A stretch of 64,000 bases of DNA. Source: Gnetum montanum. Taxonomy: Eukaryota > Plantae > Gnetophyta. Both the position numbers and the translations under genes were made by a program. The notes beneath the pieces are model-generated. The model saw nothing but the letters and a program-made list of their open reading frames with translations, was not told where the DNA came from and did no database searches. This document shows, piece by piece, positions 43,701 through 53,944 of this stretch (positions are counted from its first letter, which is position 1; each line of letters begins with the position of its first letter). The stretch spans positions 1 to 64,000 of the forward strand of contig MNCI01002305.1 of assembly GCA_015680685.1 (NCBI GenBank). Reading direction: 5' to 3'.

Positions 43701-45234
43701 AAAACAAGAAAACTTCACACATCATCGCTAGCTAATAACATTAACACAATTCATCATCGTAACGAAGTTTACCAAGTCTGAATGCCAAAGGAAATGGATG
43801 GATTTTCCTTCGCATGTCGGCGACAGTGAGGGGAGGATCCAAGGTCTATTCCTTATCCAACCATCTGAGATTTTTTCATCTAGCAAAAAAGTTAGCATTG
43901 CAAGTTGGGTATTATGGAATTTCAAATGCTAGTTGTTCCATGACAGTGACCCGTACATTACTTATAGCAGTAAATTCACCTATAGCCCTTTCGGTCAATG
44001 ACAAAGTATCATTATCGCCTAGGAGACTTCTGTCATTGATTTAGAATCTACATCATAGAAAATGGGAAAATTCTTTACACTCAATGTAAATTTAAACAGT
44101 AGTTAGCATGTTAACACACATCGAACAACACAAATTTAGGTTCTTACCCGCCGGTGTAATACACGGTACTAGGCGGGTTTTGGAAATAAGTTGTGAGGTG
44201 ACAGGCCACGAATAGAGTATTGTAGGAGTGATAGCAGTTGAATCTGGGCACCTTCCAGATCCAAATCAAATACCTCAAACCTTTGGCACTCTATTCACAG
44301 TCTTGTACCCATGCAGTCTCAATCCTGTTGTCTGTCAGGAATCCCAAGACGTCGTGCATTGAACCAACCAGTAGCGTCTCCAAAATAGTGGTAGCTACAT
44401 CTCTTGGTAGATTGGACCAGACGATTACGCTGTAGTTACAAAGTAGAAACTGTAGGAACCCCCGCACACCCCTCTGGAACCACATCACCTCCCCCTTTAT
44501 ACGAGCATGAGAAGGAGGAACATTGGCCGCGGGGACAAGCATGCAGCAGAGAACGCCCACGATGTCCAAAATGATTAGGACAGGCTTTAGCATAATACTG
44601 TATAGTAAAAAAAAACATACTACCATTAGGAAAAACATTTAGACATGAACCTTTTCCATGCTAAATTAGGATTTTTCCAATTCCCTGAAAACTACAGGTT
44701 CCACTTGAAACGCATGGCCAGAATCTCCCAAACCCTTGCAACAGCTCAAGGTTTTTCTTTGACAACGGAGATGGAAATGAAACTACGTATCATTCTAGCG
44801 TAACATGTAACCATTACGGGAATAAAGGAAAAAAGAACAAAACCCTGATTATACTATCCACCAACTGTAACACCTAGTTTTTTTTCGATTATACATTATG
44901 TTTGCTCAGTCTTACTTAATGTTACCTAAACCCTCGTAACGATATGAGGTTTATCTCCAACAGCGAAGATGAGGGTAATATCGCAAACCACAATAGCTCA
45001 TCCCGCGTAAATAGATACTAACCCTCAACGTAACAAACGCATTCAGGAAAATAACAAACAACCACGATGCTACAACAAATATAACAATGGTGCAAAAGGC
45101 TAGATGACGACTTACCGGTTCAGTGGAGTAACTTCCCAAGCCTCGAATCTGTCCTGCGAAGCCTGCTGCAAACTCTCCTGCACTTCATCAATCCTTGCCA
45201 GTTTAGCATTCTTCCCCTGGACCTTAGGTGCCAT
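40778..45234 (-). pseudogene. Antisense 8-exon cargo gene (~1105 aa): FCP1/NIF-like HAD domain + PMD-like domain + Cys cluster/coiled coil + acidic tail
   Basis: Exons 45234-45116, 44597-44148, 44047-43773, 43658-42609, 42495-42310, 42178-42050, 41965-41148, 41068-40778 (3318 nt, divisible by 3). All introns are GT-AG (518, 100, 114, 113, 131, 84, 79 nt) with matching phases. Starts MAPKVQGKNAKLAR. Internal stops only, no frameshifts. The 84-nt intron and the terminal stop are the least certain parts. Confidence 0.8.
43930..44597 (-). pseudogene. FCP1-homology/NIF (HAD) phosphatase-like domain within the cargo gene (exons 2-3)
   Basis: KPVLIILDIVGVL (motif I), FQRGVRGFLQFLLCNYSVIVWSN (cf. 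KRP..FL.FC...F.V.VWSS), AWVQDC, YHSYNTLFVAC..NPPST (cf. Y..NTLLIDD..NPPNT) and SNVR (cf. DDVR). Confidence 0.7.
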
Positions 45235-45260
45235 AGTTGCAATCGAATGAATTCTCATAG

Positions 45261-45330
45261 AACCCTAAACCCTAAATCCAAATTTGCGATATCTGTAACC
45301 TACTTCAAGTATGAACCATCGGTTTATAAA
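45261..45330 (-). promoter_or_regulatory. Putative promoter/5' UTR of the antisense gene (TATA + telo-box)
   Basis: TTTATAAA at 45323-45330, about 90 nt upstream of the ATG at 45234. AACCCTAAACCCTAAA (telo-box AAACCCTA) at 45261-45276. Confidence 0.55.
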
Positions 45331-45777
45331 CAAAATTCTTGAAACTAACTTCTCTTTCTGCCCGATCAATGCAGAACTTCCCGAAACGCTGGTGTCAGTA
45401 TGACATGAAACATGAAGATCAGGGCATTAATTTCATAGATATCATGTACATTGCAGTCTGAAATGATCCAAACTAATACATTTATCATCTCATAATCTGG
45501 CCGCATTAACTACGATTCGTACAGAGATTCAAATTTCACGACACACTAGACACACCACATTGCACCTTCCATTTTATTTCATACACCAGCATCTAGGAAG
45601 CCAAGCTTGTCATTGTTTTATAGACCAGGCATATTTGTAATGGTCCACTAAGACCTTAAACTATAAGCCTCCTTAATATGCAGCCCTAACGCAACGAAAA
45701 CAAAAACAAACTCTTATCACTCAACAGATTGGTCGAAAAATGATGTAACAACTTCCTTTTTTTTTGCGTTTTTGCAG

Positions 45778-47410
45778 GGTGATTCACAAATGGACGCAGA
45801 TTTATCTACACCATTAGCCTTAACAGGCCCATATGGGGAGACCATTAGAAAGCATAATTACACTCTAATAGAAATAGATCCTTCCCTTTGTAACACAACT
45901 ATAGCAACATCAGAAATATCCCCAGATTGGCTAAAACATCTAGCCCAAACGCTAGACTTGGAGGCTGGCGATGTGATTGACGACCCTCTCGACGAGGGCC
46001 CTATGGTTATGCACAAAGGTGAAAATAAAACTCTCAGGGTTAGTTCCCTCCTAGATCGACAGACACAGAGTGACATAATGCAGGTGCTCCAAAACAATGC
46101 TGCTGTATTTGCGTGGTCATACGAAGACATGCCGGGATTAGACCCGAGATTAATACAGCATAACATAATTTTAGACCCACGCATCAAAACAATTAGACCG
46201 AAAGCACGAAAGATTAAGCCAAAAATCACATTAGCAATGCGTAATGAAATCACCAAGCTATATCAAGCTGGTTTCATTCGCACAATTGATTACTCAGATT
46301 GGGTGTCCAACATCGTAGTTGTTACTAAGAAAACGGGAGGCATACGCATCTGCATAGACTTCTGGGATCTGAACAAAGCTATGATTAAGGACAATTTCCC
46401 ACTACCAAGTATCAACCAACTGATCAACACAATAGCTGGCCACATGCTTCTATCCTTTATGGATGATTTCTCAATCAAATTCGTATTAATCTAGAGCATC
46501 AATTGACCATAATGTTCATGATGCCCTGGGGGACCTTTTGTTACACTATGATGTCTTTCGGGCTAAAAAATGTTGGGGCAATGTATCAACGAGACATGAA
46601 ATACATCTTTAGTGACTATCTTTTAGGGAGATTGAATGACTATGTAGATGACATAGCTGTCAAGTCTATAAAGTCTGAAGATCATTCAGAGGACCTAGAG
46701 TTAGTCCTTAAACGATGTCTTAAGCATGACTTACGGCTCAACCCAAAGAAGTGCATATTTGGAGTCAAAACCAGACACATGTTAGGGTTTATGATATCAG
46801 AAACTAGCATCCGAGTTGACCCCGAAAAATTTAAAGCCATCATCAATTTAACGCCACCTACAAACCTCAAAGAACTACGTGGGTTGCAAGGCAAACTACA
46901 GTTCATCAGGTGAATCATTTCGACATTAATAGACAAATTACATTCTATGCAAAAACTTCTTAAGAAGGATGTTAATTTTGAATGGACCAATGACTTCCAA
47001 CGTGCATTTGACGACTTAAAAAAGGAGCTACAACATTTACCAATGATTTTCTCACCACAAAGGGATCAACCTTTCTACATCTATCTAGCTAACTCAGATG
47101 TGTCTATAGTTGCGTTACTTTGCCAAAAAAGGAACGATGGGTCAGAATCCCTATCTACTACCTCTGTCATGCTCTATTTGCATATGAAACAAGGTACAAT
47201 GAAGTGGAACATAATTGTTTGATGTTAGTTTTCGCACTTAAAAAATGTAGCCTTTATCTTTTCCGCAGTCAGGTCAACATAATTTGTAAAAGCAACGTTC
47301 TGCGGGCTATCTCAAACAACTTATATGAGAGTAGTAGGATAGCTCGTTGGAAGGCTATCATAGCCGAATTTGATTTACATTATGTTGGCCAATCGTCCAC
47401 CAAAGATTAG
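45778..47410 (+). pseudogene. Reverse transcriptase and native RNase H (exon 2 of the polyprotein)
   Basis: VFAWSYEDMPGLDP..WVSNIVVVTKKTGGIRICIDFWDLNKA..KDNFPLP, small deletion/frameshift at ~46470, YVDDIAVKS (~46641), LNPKKCIFGV, FYIYLANSD and RIARWKAIIAEFDL. Confidence 0.95.
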
Positions 47411-47519
47411 GGTATAGCTAACCAACTAGCGACATCGCCCACTAAAGATCAAGCTACGATAGAGCTAGAATTCCCAGATGAACATGTACATAGTATAGGC
47501 CCTATGTCGGTAAGCCTCG

Positions 47520-47900
47520 AAGCGACGTTATATTTTGATGGAGCTTCAACTACTAGAGGTGGCAGTGCTAGCGTCATCATTACACTTACCCCTGAGGATG
47601 TGTGCCCATTGGCTTATTGCCTGGCCTTCCCTTGTATGAACAACATGGTAGAGTATGAGGGGCTCCTCAGGGGATTGTTGACAACCAGAGAGCTCAACGT
47701 TCAACACCTGATGATCCGAGGTAATTCGATGCTCATCATCAATCAAATCACAGAAATCTATGCCTGCAAAGCTATGCACCTACATCCATACTGCATTATG
47801 GCTAAAGATCTCCTGAAAAAATTTGTGATAATCGATGCCCAACACGTGCCACGCAATGAAAACGTTGTTGCCGATGCACTAGCAACACTAGCACTAAACA
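47520..47900 (+). pseudogene. Additional archaeal-type RNase H (aRH)
   Basis: LYFDGAS..GGSASVII..CMNNMVEYEGLLRGL..IRGNSMLIINQI..HVPRNENVVADALA. Position between RH and INT is as in Ogre/Retand Tat elements. Confidence 0.9.
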
Positions 47901-47989
47901 TGCCACCACACTTGTTTGTCACTTGGCCCACTTTAATGATAGAATGTACAGAGCCTATCATTCAAGTGGTGTAGATTTCTTTATTTAAC

Positions 47990-49248
47990 ATGGGAGGAAC
48001 ACCAGAATGGTATGACAACATTAAAACTTACCTTTTTCATGGCAAACCACCACATGAGCTAACACATCCACAAAATGATGCAGTGCACAAGCGTGCCAGG
48101 AAATATGTCATCATTGGAGACAGTACTCTCTATAGATGCTCTTTTGATGGGGTATTGCTCACCTACGTCAATAATGATTAAGAATGATGAATAGTTAGTG
48201 AAGTCCACAAGGGACTGTGTGGGGGACACGTAGCCCTGTGAGCCATGGTCGCTAAAATCAGACGCGTAGGGTACCATTGGTCGTACATGAAAGAGAATGC
48301 TTTACCAAAGTTAAGACATGTGATATATGTCAGCGTTATGAAAACCTAATACACATGTCACCAACTAAGTTATACATTACCTAGATTACTTGTCCATTCC
48401 AATGATGGAGACTGGACATCATAGGTCCCATCGCGCCTAAATCTTCTGTAGGACATAGCTTCATTATCATCACCACCAAGTATTTTACAAAGTGGGTTGA
48501 AGCTATCCCCCTATGGAATATTACATCTCAATAGGTTTACCATTTCATCTTAGATAATATTGTAACTAGATTTGGGCTCCCTATGACTATTGTGACTGAC
48601 AACGGACCATAATTTAGTAGCACATAAACCAAATCTTTTTGCGATAATCTTGGTATTAAGCAATCTTTTTCTTCACCTTATTACCCATAGGCAAATGGTC
48701 AAGCACAAGCGATAAACAAGGTAATTATCAATCTACTTAAGAAGATGCTCAGCAATAACAAAAAACGATGGCATGAAAAAATCCTCTACGTGCTATGGGC
48801 ATATCGTACAATGTGTAGAATAGCCACAGAAAGGACACCCTACAGCCTGGTCTACGGATCCGAAGTAGTTTTGCCCTTAGAATCATAGCTTCCCTCATTG
48901 CAGATGGTCCTATCCATGGTTATAAATGAGAATTAACACAATGAGTCTAGAATCATGGATTTAGACTCAGTGGAGGAGAAATGCATCCAGACGCTCGACA
49001 CCATTGAAAGATATCAGGATAAACAGAGACAAAAGCATTGCGACAACCTACATCAACGATCGATCAAGAAAGGAGATTTAGTTCTCAAGGCCATTTGTGA
49101 ACTAGTAGGCAATTTCTCTGCAAACTGGGAAGGCCCTTTCCTGGTCATCGGCACATACAGCAATGGAGCATTCAAGTTAGCAGATATCGATGACAACGAG
49201 TTATCAAATCTAGTAAATCATCTGTATTTAAAGCGGTATTACATTTGA
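47990..49248 (+). pseudogene. Integrase
   Basis: EVHKGLCGGH..CDICQ zinc domain, GLDIIGPI, IVTDNG, PYYP.ANGQAQ, VLWAYRT and NWEGPF..HLYLKRYYI stop. No chromodomain. Confidence 0.92.
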
Positions 49249-49280
49249 ACATCAATTAGGCTAAAACACAAGGTAAAAAA

Positions 49281-49612
49281 CATCTGCTATGACATAAAAC
49301 TGACAAAGTTGTACACGTCTGCTACGATGTAAAACTAGCACTTCTTGTATGCATCCGCCAAGACGCTAAACTGGCGAAGCTTTCGACCGTCCGCCATGAT
49401 GTGAAACTGGTGAGGTAAGCATACATCTGCTGAGACGCTAAACCAACATAGACTTATCCCTAGGTCAGAACATAAAACTAATACCCACAACACGGTCTGC
49501 TGGGACCATAAACTAGCTCTTCCACTGTCTACTATGACGTAAAACTAATAGGTTCCAGTCTGCCCAGACGTTAAACCGGGAGCACAGCCTGCTGAGGCTT
49601 AAAACCAGCAAC
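49281..49612 (+). repeat. 3' UTR repeat array: ~22-bp conserved core with variable spacers
   Basis: About 10 units of ~TCTGCTANGACGTAAAACTRG separated by different short spacers; period roughly 29-37 nt. Confidence 0.85.
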
Positions 49613-50774
49613 AACAATTAACCAAGACTCAAAAATGGAATCTGTTGAGCATTCCATGAAGCAAGTGAGCATGGTCATTCTTGCACAGCATCCCTACCAG
49701 AGGAAACGGGTAAGGCGTTGGATCAGACGCAACGCTGCTACCCCGCTGACATCCTACTGATTCTTCGGACATGCCTTAAAGCATACTACTGACCCCTCAG
49801 AGATGTTTCTATGATAGCCACTCTGTAGCTGCAGCTCCAGGGATCAAATTTTCTACTTGGGGCCCCGAAGCGACTATGGTCATCCATAGTCTCAATGGCC
49901 TCCATCCATCACCATCACCAAACTCTGGCCTAGCAGATTCATCTAACTTGTTCTTTGCCCAATCATTTTGGCAACATGAATCTGGCTATCAACGGTGGCT
50001 GCATGAACCACAACACCAACATTGGGATGCTTTCTCCCTATTATGGTCCCTGTTTCATGGCCTATGCTCTCCTTTTTCTTTAGATTGTGCTTGTCTCAAC
50101 AACTTCCCTCCTTAGTGATTAGGACGATTGCTTCTGCGCTCTTCTCTGTGATATGTTTTGCAGGTTCCTTGCTACGACAGCGTTGATTGGGAATGCATTC
50201 ATTATAAGGCAAGGTTTCATGGCATCCTGAAGTGGTTGCTTAGACTAGCTTTCCCATTTAGGAGTGCAAACCATACCTATCCCTCCATCAGATGCATTAC
50301 TTCGTTTTCTCCTCCCTTTGTCCTCATGATCATCTTTACCCCCTGTTTTGCTTGTACAAAGCGTGAACATTTAAGCAAAATCTTTTCCATCTTCATGTTA
50401 AAAAAAAAAGGGCAAAGCTTGGTAAAATGGATGTAAAAAAACTCATCCAGGCCACACAGGCATAACAAAACTCGTCCATGTAAGCCCTTTATATACAGTA
50501 TGATAGTGTAACCTCTTGCAAATACATTCGTGGAAGGATGCTATGACTCGTTCACAAAAGTTTCATGTTCACGTGCTTGAGTCTTCCATGAACCTGTCTT
50601 TCCTCACATATGTAAAATCCCCCCTATGCTTTCCTCCCTACCCTACCTTTGCACTTCCAAGTTTTGATAGAGCGACATCTGAGCAATCTCCAACTGTCAT
50701 TGTTGGTGCCTTTACCTCTTTGGTGTTTCATATTCTTTGTCGACATCTTTCAGGCAAGCCCTCTAAAAGTCCAC

Positions 50775-50787
50775 AAAGAGGGGCCAT
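50775..50787 (+). promoter_or_regulatory. Polypurine tract
   Basis: AAAGAGGGGCCAT immediately before the 3' LTR. Confidence 0.85.
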
Positions 50788-52193
50788 TAAAACACCATAA
50801 AAATTTTGAGGCCTCGACGGTTCGGCAAAATCTAGCGACTCAGGTTAGGAGTTGCGACAAGGCATGACACAATATAGATGAACTTCAGGAGATAGAACAA
50901 AACGATGGGTGCAGGACGGCAAGCCTTCTACTTTGCAAGTTTTCTATGTTTCAAAATCTCAATATTTAGCACATTATGCTGCATTAAACAACATAGCATA
51001 ATGCTGCATTATGCAGCGTAATATCAAAGACAGTCTATCATAGCATCAAAAATGGCAAACATTCAAGACTCCAGCAACCCAGCAAAAATCTCAAGGCTTA
51101 AGCAATGATCTGCAACATGCTGTGCATTTTAGCAGATTTTCTCCCCTGGTTAAGGGGGCCCATTACGCTACGTTACACAGTGTGGCATAATAAAATCTTG
51201 AAAGGGATTGATTAGAAATAGAGGAAGCACGGCAACAATACTTCAACTTTTGCAGTTTCGTTATTTTACACTGAATCATGCTATGATGCATAATGTAGTG
51301 TGATGCAGCGTAATACAAGTAACGATAGTACAATTCAGACATCAGTAATTCATACGTCATAATACACTCTCTAGTGTATTATAGCATAATCAAAGGACAT
51401 TTTGTTGCCAAAGCTCAAACAAGAGTAGTTTACAATGCGCTACACAGCATAGCGTCACAAGCTCCAATGAAAATACATCAAGTCAATGGCATCTTGTAAG
51501 TTCAAGACACGCGTCAGCTAAACCATGTTTTCCTCTTGATCCTAACCTTATAAATGCTCCAATTGAACAAGACCAAAGGGATGGCAAAAATATTCTCTTT
51601 CAAGGTTGGAAAGAGAGCAAAAAGAGGATCAGTGATTGTGACAACATCGGAGGTGATTGGCAAGAACTCTTGATCAGAAACAATTGGCTACTAGATATTT
51701 TCCCTTGGGTCTGACTTCCTTGCATCCAGATTGGCTAGAACAAGGTAGATTGACCCTTGCTTGTTTCATCTTTAGATAACTTTCTTGCTGTTGGCATATG
51801 CTTCGTCCAAAATGAAGCCCACCTATAATCATTATATCAAACATATTCTGTTAATAAATTAAATCCCAGATCTTATGATCGTATTCCCTACAAATCTAAT
51901 TCCTTGCATCCTATTTATAAAATATGGCAATCACATCTAAATCGTTTACATTGTTTTCAATTATTTTTAGGATTAACAATATTGCATCGCCTTATAAAGA
52001 ATCTTCATTTTGCCATCAAATTATTGCAAAAATTTTATTGATTAAGTAAGTCCCTGTCTGATTGACAAGACCGTTCAAGGCACCTTGGATTCGTTTCTTT
52101 CTCCAACACCACCCTCGCATAGATCCAAGGTTAGAACTATGTACATGGACTTTCGTTCGGTATTTCTAGCAATCGATGTTTTTCATCATTACA
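50788..52193 (+). repeat. 3' LTR (1406 bp)
   Basis: TAAAACACC (TG->TA)...CATTACA. Colinear with the 5' LTR. Confidence 0.95.
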
Positions 52194-52198
52194 CTATT

Positions 52199-53944
52199 TG
52201 TTGGTCCCACCTGCACCTCAAGTACCTTAGCAATAAGGGCGTCATTGATGTCATAGGGCTTGGTGCCAACCTAGAAAGTCCATTACATAGGTGAAGTCCT
52301 TTAAAATGTCAATTAGGACTATTGAGCCTCTTACTCATAGAATATATCATCTCCTATTAAGATAAACTCTAGGTTGTACACTATCAAAGTGGTTGCAAGT
52401 AGTGAATTCAATAGTTCCATGAGGGGCTTGGAGTTCCTAAGTTCCCTCAATGACATCATAGAGAACTTTGTCTCTCAATGCTCATGCTTCAAATTCTCCA
52501 TACACTCCCTATGAGTGCATTCTTTCTCCTCCTCTTAAGCATGTCTCTATGCTATTGAATCTGCAATTACCAAAGACTATCCCTGAGTATGCCTCCTGTT
52601 ATGCTAAGATACATAAGAAGTTTCTTATTGCAAAAAACATTAGTACACAATCAATAATAGTCTAATGCATAAATGAAAAACATGAATATAATTCAATAAA
52701 TAAATAAAGTACCATAATATCAAAAATAAACATAATTACAAACAACTACAAAGATCTACACCAATATTTCTAAAATCTTAACAATGTTGGTACCCCCAAT
52801 GAAGTCTACATTTTCCTCAATGTACATGACTAGTGCAAAGATGGAAAATAAAAACTAAAATTAAAATTAAGTATGAAGATTTTGCATAACATAAAGAGAA
52901 ATCTATTAACAATCATTAATGGATTAGCTAGTATACCATGAATTTAGAGTACAAAGGATGCAAATGAAATTACTTGATGTTATTGCATACTAATAAGTAA
53001 TTTTTAAAAGAAATTAATGTTCCATAGATCTATCTTGGATAAAACCTAATCCAAGCTTAATAGGGGATTACTTACGAACAAGGATAGTTATACTAAAAAA
53101 AACATAACACCCATACCAATAAAATTCAAATTATCATGGCTCATCTAATATATCCTAGAGTTAACTTAATACTGAAGATATCTTTATGTTACTTTCTACT
53201 TATAAGATATAGTGTATATAATAAGAAAACTTCTAATAGCTCAAAAACAACAAAAACCTAGTTGTATGCAAAATTCAAAATCAAAGTAACATAGAAATTA
53301 CTTCAAATGTTGAATGGAAAGTGCTAGAATGCCAAAGAAGACACAAATAGCCCAAACTTCATTAATAAGTCATTTAATCACCTCTAGAAAAACACTGATG
53401 TCCTAAAATTGCTAGAAATAGTGTAGAATAGGAAGTCTAACAAGAAAAACATATTAAAGTAAGAGATTTAAGGCCTACCTTAGGTATTTTATGGAGGGAA
53501 GAAGGCTTGGAGGTTAGATCTAATAACTATGCACATGATGAAAGCTCAATTCAACTCTTGGATGTGTCCTATGACATTCTATGATGAAAAGTGATTTTTG
53601 GTTTTTTGGGATGCACTTTTATTTCTTGCATCTTTTAATTAGGTTGCAACCTACTACAAGTTGTAACTTGTCATAACACAACAATGAAAAATTTAATAAA
53701 TTTGAAAGTTGTAATCAACTATGAGTTACACCTTGTGGAATCTCTAAAACTAATGGTTGCACCTAGCCACCCTATTCTACAATCTAAGAAATTAACATTA
53801 CAAAGTAATGCACTACAAGTTATAGGCATTTGCATTGTTCGAAACCTGAAAAACATGAATTTCAAAATGTGTTAAATTATGAGTTGCACTTATCATAATA
53901 ATAAATTAATTGGAATTAGACATTGAGATGTGAGGGGGGTTACA
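52199..53944 (-). mobile_element. Old minus-strand LTR-element remnant, probable target of the Tat insertion (may continue at ~33000-34457)
   Basis: Minus strand begins TGTAACCCCCCTCAC (LTR-like start at 53944). Faint gag-like residues at 52300-52530. Heavily decayed. Confidence 0.35.

Larger units (their letters stand above)
39892..45777 (+). other. Predicted 5886-nt GT-AG intron between protease and RT
   Basis: Donor CCA|GTAAGC at 39892 (phase 0 in the PR frame). Acceptor T-tract..TTTGCAG|GGT at 45777 (phase 0 in the RT-linker frame, ORF 45772-46494). Confidence 0.8.
34463..52193 (+). mobile_element. Full-length Tat-lineage (Ogre/Retand-like) Ty3/gypsy LTR retrotransposon, 17.7 kb, inactivated by point mutations
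   Basis: Paired LTRs, TSD CCATT (34458-34462) / CTATT (52194-52198), PBS, PPT and domain order gag-PR-RT-RH-aRH-INT. Confidence 0.95.

Noticed and set aside
40793-44435. Plus-strand ORFs inside the intron (e.g. 40793-41083, 41164-41448, 43814-44044)
   Set aside because: Shadows of the minus-strand exons; no motifs.
44926-45002. Extra small exon in cargo intron 1
   Set aside because: No valid AG acceptor with a compatible phase; exons 1 and 2 already join in frame.
40778-45234. Nested DNA transposon or ordinary host gene
   Set aside because: No TIRs, TSD, transposase catalytic motifs or Helitron ends were seen. The segment is bounded by pol splice sites and decays like gag-pol. Not formally excluded without sister copies.
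45261-45276. Telomeric repeat remnant
   Set aside because: Only two units; better read as a telo-box.
45858-48277. Minus-strand ORFs overlapping RT/RH/aRH
   Set aside because: Antisense shadows of the pol frame.
49281-49612. CRISPR array
   Set aside because: Plant retrotransposon context, degenerate repeats, spacers too short and no cas genes.
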